Shown: positions 47,198-57,361 of the stretch, piece after piece | Layout: every line of letters begins with the position of its first letter | Numbering within the stretch: position 1 is the first letter of the stretch | Source: Nitrospirota bacterium | GTDB taxonomy: Bacteria > Nitrospirota > Nitrospiria > JACQBZ01 | Assembly (NCBI GenBank): GCA_016200255.1 | Contig: JACQFA010000008.1 | Span: forward strand, 561 to 64,560 | DNA length: 64,000 bases | Reading direction: 5' to 3' | Translations under genes and position numbers: made by a program | Notes under the pieces: model-generated | What the model was told of the DNA's origin: nothing | What the model saw: the letters and a program-made list of their open reading frames with translations, nothing else | Databases searched by the model: none

Positions 47198-49435
47198 GTG
47201 GAAACGAAAACGGTCATATTATTTGTAACCGCCGCCCTGAATCTCATACTTTCCCTGATTGTCTACAGCAGAGGGGGAAGAAACCCAATTACGCGTTCAT
47301 ATGCCGCAGCCGTCCTTTCGGTGGCGGCTTGGGCTTTTGGTCATGGCATGTATGCCCTGGCCGATAGCCAGTCATCGCTGTTTTGGTTTTACTTCACCTA
47401 TGTGGCAGGCGCTTTCATCGCCTACTATTTTTTTAATTTTGCGAGGATATTTCCCAACCCCAATGACACACCCTCCATGCTCTTACCCGCAAGGTTATTG
47501 AGTATCGGTTTCCCGCTCTTGGTCTTTGCAGGCCTGCTTGCGCCGCACATATTAATTAAATCCTTTACACGGTCGGGTAGCGGAACGCAGGTCGTCTTCG
47601 TGATGCCGAGCTACTTTTTCTACTCCGTCGGCTTTTCTTTACTGATGGGATGGGGGTTCTTCCACCTTCTGATCCGGTATCGAGAGTCCACGGGCCGACA
47701 GAAGATGCAGATCCGTTACGTTGTAGCCGGAACCGGCATTGCGGCAGCATTTGGCAGCTACTTCAACCTGTGGCTGCCCTGGATGGGGGACACAAGCCTC
47801 ATGTGGCTCGGACCTCATTTCTCCTTATTCATGATCGGGTTCATCTCTTATGCAATCGTCAAACATCGATTGATGGATATCCGTCTCATCCTGAGCCGTA
47901 CCATCGTCTATTCATTACTGCTGGCCAGCACCTTGGTGCTGTACACCATGTTGATTCTGCTGGCACAGCAGTTTTTTCAAGACAGAACCGGCTATACAAC
48001 CAGCCTTGTCATCGGCTCGCTATTGATTGCATTGGGTTTCGAACCGCTGAAGAGGTTGTTCCAAAAAACAACAGAAAAGGTATTCTTCAGAGGGGAGATG
48101 GATCCGCAGCGCCTGCTGGGTGAATTGAGCGAGACCTTCAGCATCGTGAGAGATCTGAATAATCTTCTCAAAAGCACCGCACAACAGTTGTCCAACGCCT
48201 TCCGCACCGATCATACCATCCTGGTTGCCTTGATGGATCACGGAGAACTGTCCGCAGCCGCCAGTGGAAATCGGGCAACGCCGCTTCCCTCTTTTTCGAT
48301 AGATCTCCCTCTGATAAAGTACTATGATTCCGCCGCACCGGGGCACTATCTCAAGATGCCCGCCAAACGGGAAATCCTCCTTCAAGAGGAGTTGTCAGAG
48401 AATCAACATTCGAGCGTCTTGATGGACGAAGGAACACGGGCCAATCTTCTTTCAGTCATGGAACAACTTCAGGCGTCGGTCGCGGTGCCCATTTTCACGA
48501 AAGATCAATTCATCGGACTGATTCTCCTGGGCCACAAGCGATCGGGTGACAGTTTTTTCCCCGCTGATCTGAAACTCCTGGAGATCGTTTCTCAACAGGC
48601 CGGCGTGGCGATTGAAAACGCCTGTCTCTATCAAACCCTTCAGCAACAGATGGAGGAACTCAAGCGCAGTCAGACGCAGCAATTGATCCAGTCCGCCAAG
48701 CTGGCCTCCATTGGAGAACTGGCCACCAGCGTGGCCCATGAGATCAACAATCCACTCACCAGCATTCTGGGTTTTACAACCCTCTTGCTCGACGACATGG
48801 GAGACCATGATCCTCACAAGAAGGATTTGAGAATCATTGAAAGCGAAGCGCTTCGTTCCCGCGACATCGTCAGAAATTTGCTGGATTTTGCACGCAAGCG
48901 GGGGATCAAGAAGGAGATGGCCGATATCAATCAACTGATTCAGAAAACGCTGAATCTGCTTCGCCACCAGGCCGAGATCTCCAATATCGTTTTAAAAGAG
49001 ACCTACGCAGCCGACCTGCCGACGATTATCGTCGATGCGGATCAATTGAAACAGGTTTTCATCAATCTCATGAAAAACGCCTTCGACGCCATGCCGAAAG
49101 GCGGCACGCTGACCGTGACCACCCTGGCTCATGGTTTTGACGGAATAGCCACACAACCGGTTTTTGGAGAGAAAGAGCACGGCATTCCCAGAAAGATAAT
49201 CGAAATTCGGTTCCAGGACACGGGGGAAGGCATTGCCAAGGAAAACATTCCGAAAATATTTGATTCTTTTTTTACGACCAAGGAAGAGGTTGGAACCGGG
49301 TTGGGATTGGCGGTCAGTTATGGAATCATTGAGCGTCACGGAGGACGGATCGAGGTTTTCAGCGATCTGGGGGCCGGAGCCGAATTCGTGATCAAACTTC
49401 CCGTCAAAGAAGAGGCGACGCTCCCCCGTTCATAA
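47198..49435 (+). CDS. Sensor histidine kinase with an N-terminal 7-transmembrane sensor region, a GAF domain, HisKA and HATPase_c.
   Basis: Seven hydrophobic helices in the first about 260 aa. H-box SVAHEINNPLTSILGF. G-boxes GTGLGLAVS. Confidence 0.85.
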   Translation: METKTVILFVTAALNLILSLIVYSRGGRNPITRSYAAAVLSVAAWAFGHGMYALADSQSSLFWFYFTYVAGAFIAYYFFNFARIFPNPNDTPSMLLPARLLSIGFPLLVFAGLLAPHILIKSFTRSGSGTQVVFVMPSYFFYSVGFSLLMGWGFFHLLIRYRESTGRQKMQIRYVVAGTGIAAAFGSYFNLWLPWMGDTSLMWLGPHFSLFMIGFISYAIVKHRLMDIRLILSRTIVYSLLLASTLVLYTMLILLAQQFFQDRTGYTTSLVIGSLLIALGFEPLKRLFQKTTEKVFFRGEMDPQRLLGELSETFSIVRDLNNLLKSTAQQLSNAFRTDHTILVALMDHGELSAAASGNRATPLPSFSIDLPLIKYYDSAAPGHYLKMPAKREILLQEELSENQHSSVLMDEGTRANLLSVMEQLQASVAVPIFTKDQFIGLILLGHKRSGDSFFPADLKLLEIVSQQAGVAIENACLYQTLQQQMEELKRSQTQQLIQSAKLASIGELATSVAHEINNPLTSILGFTTLLLDDMGDHDPHKKDLRIIESEALRSRDIVRNLLDFARKRGIKKEMADINQLIQKTLNLLRHQAEISNIVLKETYAADLPTIIVDADQLKQVFINLMKNAFDAMPKGGTLTVTTLAHGFDGIATQPVFGEKEHGIPRKIIEIRFQDTGEGIAKENIPKIFDSFFTTKEEVGTGLGLAVSYGIIERHGGRIEVFSDLGAGAEFVIKLPVKEEATLPRS

Positions 49436-49447
49436 GAGTGATCAGGC

Positions 49448-50962
49448 ATGCTGCACGAAAAAGCTCTGGTTGTGGATGATGAACCGGCGATCGTGGAACT
49501 CTGCACCCGTCTCTTATCCAAAGAAGGGTACATTGTCCATACCGCCTCGAACGGCCAGGAAGCGCTGGACCTGTTCCGTCGGGAACCTGTCGATCTGTTG
49601 CTGACCGACATCCGGATGCGGGGCATGAGCGGCCTGGAACTGATCGACGCCGCCAAGAAGCACGACCCCGGTGTTGCCATTGTGGTCATCACCGGCCACG
49701 GCACCGTCAACATCGCGATCGAATCGCTCAAGCTGGGAACGCTGGGCTTTGTCATCAAACCATTCACGATGGACGAGCTGCTGACCGCCGTGCGACATGC
49801 CACGGAAAAAAACCGGCTCATCAAAGAAAACATCCGTCTCCGGTCCCTGATGCCGCTGTTTGAGATCAACCGCCGGCTGGTCACGACCGATCTGGATCAT
49901 CTTTGCAAACAAATCGTGGAAAGCGCGCGTCTTGAAACCAAGGCCGACCGCGCGTCGCTCATGCTGCTGGATGAAATTCACCAGGAACTCCATGTCAAGG
50001 CCCATTCCGGTTTTGCCGTTCTCATCCCCTCTAAAATGGTCAAAAAAGTCGGCCAGGGGGTCGCCGGCGTCGTCGCCCAAACCCGGAAGCCGCTCATCAT
50101 TCAAGGAGGCGTTGAGCAAAACCCGATGCTGGCGAACGTTCTCGAAGACGGGGAGGTTCTTTCCTCGGTCTCCGTTCCATTGATCGGAAAGGGTCATCTC
50201 AAGGTTGGATCCTTAACCCGCCCGCCGCAGACCCATGAGCGCCTCATCGGAGTGCTCAACATTTCCAAAAGCAGTCCGGGAGCCACCCCCTTTACCGAAA
50301 GCGACTTGGAACTCGCAACTCTCCTGGCCGGCCAGGCCTCCGCCGCGATTGAAAACGGCACGCTGTTCGCCGAACTGCATCAGAACTTCGTCAAAACAAT
50401 CCGGTCGCTCGTCGCGACGATCGAGTTGAAAGACAGTTACACCTCGGGTCATTCCGAAAATGTTTCGAGATATGCCGAAGCCCTGGCACGCGAAATGGGC
50501 CTGTCGGCGAACGAAATCGACGAGATTGAAATCGGCGGCATTCTTCACGACATCGGAAAGATCGGCAGCAGCGAGGACATCCTCTTAAAAGAAGGCCGTC
50601 TGACCGAGAAAGAGTTCGAGCGCATGAAGGCTCATCCCAAGAATGCCGTCAAGATCCTCAGTCCGGTGGGTCTTTCCGACACTATCCTGAAGATCGTTCT
50701 CCATCATCACGAGCAATGCAATGGAACGGGTTACCCGGACGGACTGGCCCGTGAACAGATTCCCTTGGGAGCGAGGATTCTCATGGTGGCGGACACCATT
50801 GACGCCATGACGTCCGACCGGCCTTACCGGAAAGCCCAACCGCTGATGAAACTGGCGGAGGAGCTTAGAAAATATACCGGCCATCAATTTGATCCGGACG
50901 TGGTCGGCGTCTTCGAGCGCCTGCTGGAGAAAACCGGTCCGGACTACTTCCGACATCACTAG
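49448..50962 (+). CDS. Response regulator with receiver, GAF and HD-GYP domains (putative c-di-GMP phosphodiesterase).
   Basis: Receiver ALVVDDEP...DLLLTDIRMRGMSG. C-terminal HD-GYP signatures (GILHDIGKIG and HHHEQCNGTGYPDGL). Confidence 0.85.
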   Translation: MLHEKALVVDDEPAIVELCTRLLSKEGYIVHTASNGQEALDLFRREPVDLLLTDIRMRGMSGLELIDAAKKHDPGVAIVVITGHGTVNIAIESLKLGTLGFVIKPFTMDELLTAVRHATEKNRLIKENIRLRSLMPLFEINRRLVTTDLDHLCKQIVESARLETKADRASLMLLDEIHQELHVKAHSGFAVLIPSKMVKKVGQGVAGVVAQTRKPLIIQGGVEQNPMLANVLEDGEVLSSVSVPLIGKGHLKVGSLTRPPQTHERLIGVLNISKSSPGATPFTESDLELATLLAGQASAAIENGTLFAELHQNFVKTIRSLVATIELKDSYTSGHSENVSRYAEALAREMGLSANEIDEIEIGGILHDIGKIGSSEDILLKEGRLTEKEFERMKAHPKNAVKILSPVGLSDTILKIVLHHHEQCNGTGYPDGLAREQIPLGARILMVADTIDAMTSDRPYRKAQPLMKLAEELRKYTGHQFDPDVVGVFERLLEKTGPDYFRHH

Positions 50963-50973
50963 CTCTTCTTCGT

Positions 50974-51264
50974 CTAGAGCCGCTCTTCCAGCCGATCCAG
51001 CAGATCCAGAATCACCTCGATGCCCGCCAGGTTGACTCCCAGGTCCCGCGTCAGAGAACAAATCGTCCTGATCCGCCGGAGATCCCGCTCTTGATATGTC
51101 ACCGCCTCGCGACCATCCTCCAGCAACACGACGTCGCGCCCGATCAAGCCCCGCCGTTCGTACGTCAAAAGCGTTTGCGGATGCAGACGGTACAGTTTGC
51201 AGACGGTCGAAATCGTCATGGATATTTGAATCGGCCGAGGCTTTCTGTTTCGCGTCTTCGGCAT
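50974..51264 (-). CDS. MerR-family small regulator, CbpM/HspR-like chaperone modulator.
   Basis: 96 aa. Collinear with E. coli CbpM (TI..CKLY.L ... LAGIEVILDLLDRLEE). Immediately downstream of the DnaJ-like gene with a 3-nt gap. Confidence 0.6.
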   Translation of the reverse strand: MPKTRNRKPRPIQISMTISTVCKLYRLHPQTLLTYERRGLIGRDVVLLEDGREAVTYQERDLRRIRTICSLTRDLGVNLAGIEVILDLLDRLEERL

Positions 51265-51267
51265 GTC

Positions 51268-52317
51268 TCACTCCAGATTTTTTCGGATGGATGGTTCGTT
51301 GCCCCGCTCGATTCTCAACCGACCGAGCTCGGTAAAAAGCTCCCGCTCCTTGGCGCTGGCCTGCTCCGGAACCATGACCCGTATCCTGTAATACAGATCG
51401 CCCGTTCCCTCGCCGTGCGGCTTGTGCAGCCCTTTTCCGCTCAATCGGAGTCGTCGTTCCGATTGACTGCCGGGCGGGATTTTTAAGAGAACTTTCTGAC
51501 CCAGCGTTGGAACTGCGATCTGGGTTCCCAAGGCGGCCTCGTCCACCCAGACGGGCAGATCCGCTTCAAGATCGTACCCGTTGAGACGAAACAAGCGATG
51601 CGGAAGCAGCCGAACCACCAGGTAGAGATCCCCGGCCGACCCTCCCCGGATTCCCTTATCCCCCATTCCGGCCAGCCGGATCTTCGAACCCTCTTTCACT
51701 CCCTTGGGTATCTTGACCTCGACTTCGCGTTGTTTGGAGATCTGGCCGGTCCCGTGACAGGTTTCGCAGGGCTGTGCCGATGTGACAACCGGCCGTTTCC
51801 CCTCGCGAACGGACGAAGTCGTGATCATCCCCTGCCCGTGGCAGGTCGGACAGGTCTCGCCCACGGAGAGACTCAACAATTTTCGGGGTCCGTGATACAG
51901 GTCCTCCAGGGTGAGTGCGATCTCGTATTGAAGATCTCCTCCCGGATGAGGCCCGGCGGCAAACGGCCCGCCCCCGAATCCGGACATCCGTTCCCCGAAA
52001 AATGTCGTAAAAAAATCTCTGAGATCAAAATCCTCCCGCGACCCTTCACCGGGCTGCGCATATTGCCGCGCGTAGTCGCGATCGCGCTGAATCTGTTCCC
52101 AATGGGAGCCAAGCTCGTCATATTTCCGGCGCTTTTCCGGATCGCTCAAAACTTCATTGGCCTCGTTGATTTCCTTGAATCGCTCCTCCGCGGACCGATT
52201 TCCCGGATTCAGATCGGGATGAAACTGCCGGGCCAGTTTACGGAAGGCCTTTTTGATCTCCGGTTCGGAAACGTCCTTGGCGACCCCCAGAATTTTATAG
52301 TAGTCCCTGTACTCCAT
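51268..52317 (-). CDS. DnaJ-class J-domain co-chaperone (CbpA/DnaJ-like) with a half-size zinc-finger region.
   Basis: J domain YYKILGV...HPD. Two CxxCxGxG repeats (CPTCHGQG, CETCHGTG). C-terminal DnaJ_C beta domains. Confidence 0.8.
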   Translation of the reverse strand: MEYRDYYKILGVAKDVSEPEIKKAFRKLARQFHPDLNPGNRSAEERFKEINEANEVLSDPEKRRKYDELGSHWEQIQRDRDYARQYAQPGEGSREDFDLRDFFTTFFGERMSGFGGGPFAAGPHPGGDLQYEIALTLEDLYHGPRKLLSLSVGETCPTCHGQGMITTSSVREGKRPVVTSAQPCETCHGTGQISKQREVEVKIPKGVKEGSKIRLAGMGDKGIRGGSAGDLYLVVRLLPHRLFRLNGYDLEADLPVWVDEAALGTQIAVPTLGQKVLLKIPPGSQSERRLRLSGKGLHKPHGEGTGDLYYRIRVMVPEQASAKERELFTELGRLRIERGNEPSIRKNLE

Positions 52318-53688
52318 TTACTTCAGGCTCAGCATATAATCCGTCAGATCGTCCCGCTCGCTCGGACTCAACGGAAGCCGGGGCATGATCGATCCCGGCA
52401 CCACCGCCTGCGGATTATCGAAATGACGGTTGAGCCAGTCCCGGTCCCGGTCCTTTCCCACATAAGAAAGGTCCGGTCCCACGGCCCCGCCGGATCCGTG
52501 AATACGGTGACACCCGCTGCATTGAAGCTTAGAATAGACCTCCCGGCCTCTCACCACCGAGCGATTTGTAGTCGGAACGGAATAGATTTCCTTCAATGAA
52601 ACCGCCATCAGACCGAATACCAAAATCAAAAAAACGCCGCCGATCAGGATCGCCCTGGGACGCCGTGCCGGATTGCGCGCCGGGTTTCGATCCACAAAGG
52701 GCAGGAACATCAAAAGCGCGTAGAAAATCATCGGCAGGATCCAGGTCGCCAGGGGCTCGAACACGCCGTGGACGTATTTGAGGCCCTGGTAATAAAACAG
52801 AAAGTACCATTCCGGAATCGGCTTGAAACTCGTGTCGGACGGATCGGCCTTATCGGCGAGCGGAAACGGCAGCCCGACCGCCAGGACCGCCACGATCAGG
52901 AACACCCCGCCCGCCACGACGGCATCTATGAAGACCTGCCTCGGATAGAACGGCTCGCTGACGGGCCGGCGCCGTCGTTCCGTTTGAACCGCAGCACCGG
53001 CCCCCGCGGTTCTTTTTTCCTCAAACGAGCCGGCCGGACCGACCCGTCGTAAAATAAACAGATGAAGCGCGATGAAACCGAACGTCATCAGCGGAAAGAA
53101 AAGAACATGGAGCGCGAAGAAACGGCTCAGGGTCAGGGCCCCCAGGTTGTCGCCCCCCCGGATGATTCGAACCAGGACGCCGCCGATCCAGGGAACCGTT
53201 CCGACCATGTTGATGCCGATCTGGGTCGCCCAGTACGCCTTTTGGTCCCACGGCAGCAGATAACCGCTGAAGGCAAAACCAAGGGTCAGGAGAAACAACA
53301 CCACCCCGACCATCCACATCATTTCGCGCGGCGGTTTGTAGGCGCCGGCCAGATAGACCTGAAGCATGTGAAGCCCGATCGCGACCACCATGGCGCTGGC
53401 GCCCCAGTGATGCAGCCCTCTCACAAAGGCGCCGAACGTCACCGAGGTCATGATGAACTGGATGCTGTCGTAGGCATGATCCGGTGTCGGTGCATAGTAG
53501 ATGGCGAGAAAACTTCCGGTCAGGAATTGAAGACAGAACAGAAACAGGGTGGCGCTTCCGAAAACATAGACCCAGCTGGCGCCGCCGGGGATCGGCTCGT
53601 TCAAGAGCATCTCCCCGATTGGCGTCAGCTTCAGGCGTTGGTCCAGCCAGTGATAAACCGCTCGGATGATCGTCATGGCCCGCGTCAC
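52318..53688 (-). CDS. Cytochrome b (b6 plus subunit-IV-like) fused to a C-terminal monohaem cytochrome c domain.
   Basis: Cytochrome b haem-ligand helices (GLHHWGASAMV, ALHVLFFPL). C-terminal CSGCH haem-c motif. Confidence 0.85.
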   Translation of the reverse strand: MTRAMTIIRAVYHWLDQRLKLTPIGEMLLNEPIPGGASWVYVFGSATLFLFCLQFLTGSFLAIYYAPTPDHAYDSIQFIMTSVTFGAFVRGLHHWGASAMVVAIGLHMLQVYLAGAYKPPREMMWMVGVVLFLLTLGFAFSGYLLPWDQKAYWATQIGINMVGTVPWIGGVLVRIIRGGDNLGALTLSRFFALHVLFFPLMTFGFIALHLFILRRVGPAGSFEEKRTAGAGAAVQTERRRRPVSEPFYPRQVFIDAVVAGGVFLIVAVLAVGLPFPLADKADPSDTSFKPIPEWYFLFYYQGLKYVHGVFEPLATWILPMIFYALLMFLPFVDRNPARNPARRPRAILIGGVFLILVFGLMAVSLKEIYSVPTTNRSVVRGREVYSKLQCSGCHRIHGSGGAVGPDLSYVGKDRDRDWLNRHFDNPQAVVPGSIMPRLPLSPSERDDLTDYMLSLK

Positions 53689-54179
53689 AACTCGATCTGC
53701 TGGGATGTTCCGGACTTGAATTGCTTGTCGATGATAAAGAGCCGTCCCTCTTCCATTTTGACGGGCAGGCGATCCAACGGCCGCGGGGCCGGGCCGGCGA
53801 TGACTTTTCCATCAATATTAAAGATACTGTTATGACATGGACACTTGAAGGTGAGATCGTCCGAATCCCAATGATACCCGCATCCAAGATGTGTGCAAAG
53901 GGGCGCGAAGACCGTGACCCCCCCCTCCGTCTGACGGACGGCCCAGACCGATTTCATGGCGGTGGTTTTCAACCAGCCGTCTTGAACGGTCACGACATAG
54001 GTGAGTTCCCGTGGAATGCCGGCTTTTAATTCATCCACGGCGCCGGCTTCGGCCCAGTCCCGGGCCTGCCGACGGAAGGCCGGCGAAATCACGTAGCCGA
54101 CCAGGGGAATCGAAAGGGCCAGACCCATCAGGCCCATGATTAATGCCGTTGCGCGTGTAAGGAAGGTTCGCCGTTTCAA
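53685..54179 (-). CDS. Rieske [2Fe-2S] iron-sulfur subunit.
   Basis: CTHLGC...CPCHNS boxes. N-terminal transmembrane/Tat-like anchor. It overlaps the cytochrome b gene by 4 nt. Confidence 0.9.
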   Translation of the reverse strand: MKRRTFLTRATALIMGLMGLALSIPLVGYVISPAFRRQARDWAEAGAVDELKAGIPRELTYVVTVQDGWLKTTAMKSVWAVRQTEGGVTVFAPLCTHLGCGYHWDSDDLTFKCPCHNSIFNIDGKVIAGPAPRPLDRLPVKMEEGRLFIIDKQFKSGTSQQIEL

Positions 54180-54271
54180 TGGTCTGTCTCACAAGGATAA
54201 GGTCGTCGAGACAGTGTAGCGTCTCACCCGCCGTAAATCAAGCACGGCGGATGCCGATGGTCCGATGACGT

Positions 54272-55441
54272 CTACGGGACGGCGATGAGTTCCTCGGCCA
54301 TCCGGTCCCAGAGACGAAGACCCTTGGGGGAAAGCCGGACCCGCGGAAGATCCAGGATCACCAACTCATCCCGGCTCCATTGCTCGAACGTTGTTTGCAG
54401 GCGTTCCGGATCGGGCGTGGGGTACCGCCTCCGGATCTCATCGAGATCGATCCCGGCCGTCTTCCTTAACCCGAAAATCACGGCCTCCCGTCCGGCCAGA
54501 GCCGGACCGATCGGCTCGGACTCCTCGATCGCTTCACCGCCGGATGCAACGTTTTCAATGTAGGCCTCAATATCTTCAATTTTTGAAAAACGCCGGCCGC
54601 CGAAATAAGAATGGGCGCCGGGACCGAGGCCCAGGTAGTCGTTCTGGCTCCAGTAACCCAGATTGTGGCGGCAGGCATAACCGGGCCGCGCGTAGTTGGA
54701 AACTTCGTACTGGTCATATCCCGTGGCAGAAAGTTTTGTCCGGGTCAGCTCATCGAAGCGGATCTGCCGCTCCTCGTCGGGCAACACCATCAGGCCGTTA
54801 TTATGATCCGCGCCGAAACGCGTCCCCGCCTCGATCGTCAGGGCATAGGCCGACAGATGTTCCGGCCCGAGGTCGATCGCCTTGTCCAGCGTGGCCGCCC
54901 AATCTTCAAGGCGCTGGTCCTGAAGGGCATACATAAAATCGAGATTGATATTTTCGAATCCGGCTTCCCGCGCCGCCCGATAGGCGTCCCGGGCCACGTT
55001 CGAGTTATGCGCGCGCCCGAGCGCAACAAGCTCTTCGTCCCGAAAAGACTGCACACCCATGCTCAATCGGTTGATCCCTCCGCGCCGCAAGGCCGCGAGT
55101 TTTTTCATATCAACCGTCCCTGGATTGGCCTCCATCGTGATCTCGATATCATCCGAAAAATCAAAATAACCCCTGCAGTGATCGAGCACATCCAGAATCC
55201 GATCGGCCGAAAAGATGGACGGCGTTCCTCCCCCCATGAAGATCGTCGAGAGGCGGCGGCCCTGGACGGCGGGCAGGCGGCCGCAATGGACAATCTCGGC
55301 CTTCAAGGCCGAAAGGAACCGGAGGCTCTGGGGCTTGTCATACCGGATGGAGTTGAAGGCGCAGTAGTGGCATTTGCTCCAGCAGTAGGGGAAATGGAGA
55401 TAGAGTGAAAGGGCGGCGTCCATGGACCCAGTATACAACAC
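54272..55441 (-). CDS. hemW: Radical-SAM HemN-like protein (haem chaperone HemW / oxygen-independent coproporphyrinogen-oxidase-like).
   Basis: CxxxCxxC motif CHYCAF near the N-terminus and a HemN_C region. Length 389 aa. Confidence 0.8.
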   Translation of the reverse strand: MLYTGSMDAALSLYLHFPYCWSKCHYCAFNSIRYDKPQSLRFLSALKAEIVHCGRLPAVQGRRLSTIFMGGGTPSIFSADRILDVLDHCRGYFDFSDDIEITMEANPGTVDMKKLAALRRGGINRLSMGVQSFRDEELVALGRAHNSNVARDAYRAAREAGFENINLDFMYALQDQRLEDWAATLDKAIDLGPEHLSAYALTIEAGTRFGADHNNGLMVLPDEERQIRFDELTRTKLSATGYDQYEVSNYARPGYACRHNLGYWSQNDYLGLGPGAHSYFGGRRFSKIEDIEAYIENVASGGEAIEESEPIGPALAGREAVIFGLRKTAGIDLDEIRRRYPTPDPERLQTTFEQWSRDELVILDLPRVRLSPKGLRLWDRMAEELIAVP

Positions 55442-55474
55442 TGGATCGGCCGAATCAAAAGGACGCGGCTTGGG

Positions 55475-57358
55475 TCATCGGTTCAGGTGATACGGCACGC
55501 TCGTGACCACCACATCCCTGCGGAACAGCAGCGCCCCCTTGAGCAGAAGCGCGGTCTGGTTATGGAGCAGGTGATGCCACCATCGCCGCGGCACGAACTC
55601 GGGCAGAACGACAATGACAAGGCCGCGGAGCTCCTTCTGCTCTTGATCGATGTAATCCAGCAACGGACCGATGATGGAGCGGTACGGGGATTCGAGAATG
55701 ACGAGATCGATACCGGGGTTCCACTTTTTCCAGGCCGTCTGGATCTGCTCCGCCGCTGCGGCGTCGATATTGATGTAAACGGCCCGGACGGTGGGCGAGA
55801 GGGATCGGGCAAATTCCAGAGCCGTCAGGACCGGCCGCGTGATTCCGGAGATTGGCACCAGCACGGTGTGGGAAACGGCCCGCGGCGGTTCCGTCGGGTG
55901 CACCGCCAGCTGCCGTCCGACCAGCTTATAGTGAAAGCGAATCCGCAGAAACATCGAGACGAGCGCCGGGATGATCACCATGACCATCCAGGCGCCGTGG
56001 ATGAATTTGGTCAATGCAATCACGATCAGGACCGTGCCGGTCAACAGCGCCCCGACGCCGTTGATCACGGCCCGCCAGCGCCAGCCGGATTCGCGACGCC
56101 TGAACCATCGCACCAACATCCCCGCCTGCGACAAGGTGAATGCGAGAAAAACGCCCACCGCATACAAAGGAATCAGGGCATGCGTGTCGGCGCTGAAGAT
56201 CACGAGGAGCACCGCCGCCATTCCTCCCAGAAGAATAATCCCGTTTGAGAAAACGAGCCGATCGCCCAGGTGGGCCAGCTGCTGGGGCAGGAACCGGTCC
56301 TGGCCGAGGAGCGAGGCCAGACGCGGAAAGCCGGTGAAACTGGAATTGGCCGCGAGCAACAGGATCATCGCGGTCGCCGCCTGGACCAGGTGATACTGAA
56401 GGGGGGAATGGAGAACCGTGCGACTGAGCTGTGAGAGCACCGTCTCGTCCGGGGTCGGATGGATCCCATAGTTGAGCGTCAGAAACGTGACGCCCAGAAA
56501 CAACACAGCCAGGACCGCGCCTAACACGATCAGGGCGTTTCCGGCATGGCGGGAAGAGGGTTCACGAAAAGCCGGCACGGTGTTTGCGATCGCCTCCACG
56601 CCGGTCATCGCGACGCTCCCGGAAGAAAAGGCCCGGAGAATCACCCACCAGCCCACCACCGATACGGCCTCGGACGGAATCACAGGCGAGATGAAATCAG
56701 CCGGGGATCGGCCTTGGATTACCAGTCCGGCAATGCCGTTTCCAATCACCCATAGGAGGCTCAGGATGAAAAAATAAGTGGGGAGGGAAAAGTAAAATCC
56801 GGCTTCCCGGATCCCTCTCAGATTTCCGAGGGTGAGCAACAGAACGAAGACCAGGGCCAGCACGACGCGATGTTCGTGCAGAACCGGAAAAGCCGAGGCG
56901 ATCGCCGCGACCCCGGCCGCAACGCTTACCGCCACGGTCAGAACATAATCCACCACCAGCGACGCTGCCGCGATCAGGGCCGGATAGAGTCCCAGGTTCT
57001 CCCGCGCGACGTTATAGGCCCCGCCGCCGGCCGGATAGGTATGAACGGTTTGATAATATGAGGTTAAGACAACGATCAGGAGGACCGTAATCACAACCGC
57101 AATGGGAGCCCCGAAGGTCAGGGCGGCCGCTCCGATGGAAAAAAGAACCAGCATCATTTCCTCGGTCGCGTAGGCCACCGAGGAAATGGCATCCGAGGCA
57201 AATGCGCCCAGTCCCACGAGGACCGACACCCGCTCCCGCAGCTCATGAATGCTTTGGAACGGGTGGCCGACCAGGATTCGTTTCATGCGGGACAGAGGCC
57301 TTTCACGAGAAGGCAAAGGCGGCTCCCATCGTATCCAACGGATAAAAAATTGTTTCAT
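55475..57358 (-). CDS. APC-superfamily amino-acid/polyamine permease with an extra C-terminal cytoplasmic domain.
   Basis: About 12 transmembrane helices. GAFASDAISSVAY motif typical of the APC family. Confidence 0.65.
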   Translation of the reverse strand: MKQFFIRWIRWEPPLPSRERPLSRMKRILVGHPFQSIHELRERVSVLVGLGAFASDAISSVAYATEEMMLVLFSIGAAALTFGAPIAVVITVLLIVVLTSYYQTVHTYPAGGGAYNVARENLGLYPALIAAASLVVDYVLTVAVSVAAGVAAIASAFPVLHEHRVVLALVFVLLLTLGNLRGIREAGFYFSLPTYFFILSLLWVIGNGIAGLVIQGRSPADFISPVIPSEAVSVVGWWVILRAFSSGSVAMTGVEAIANTVPAFREPSSRHAGNALIVLGAVLAVLFLGVTFLTLNYGIHPTPDETVLSQLSRTVLHSPLQYHLVQAATAMILLLAANSSFTGFPRLASLLGQDRFLPQQLAHLGDRLVFSNGIILLGGMAAVLLVIFSADTHALIPLYAVGVFLAFTLSQAGMLVRWFRRRESGWRWRAVINGVGALLTGTVLIVIALTKFIHGAWMVMVIIPALVSMFLRIRFHYKLVGRQLAVHPTEPPRAVSHTVLVPISGITRPVLTALEFARSLSPTVRAVYINIDAAAAEQIQTAWKKWNPGIDLVILESPYRSIIGPLLDYIDQEQKELRGLVIVVLPEFVPRRWWHHLLHNQTALLLKGALLFRRDVVVTSVPYHLNR

Positions 57359-57361
57359 GTT

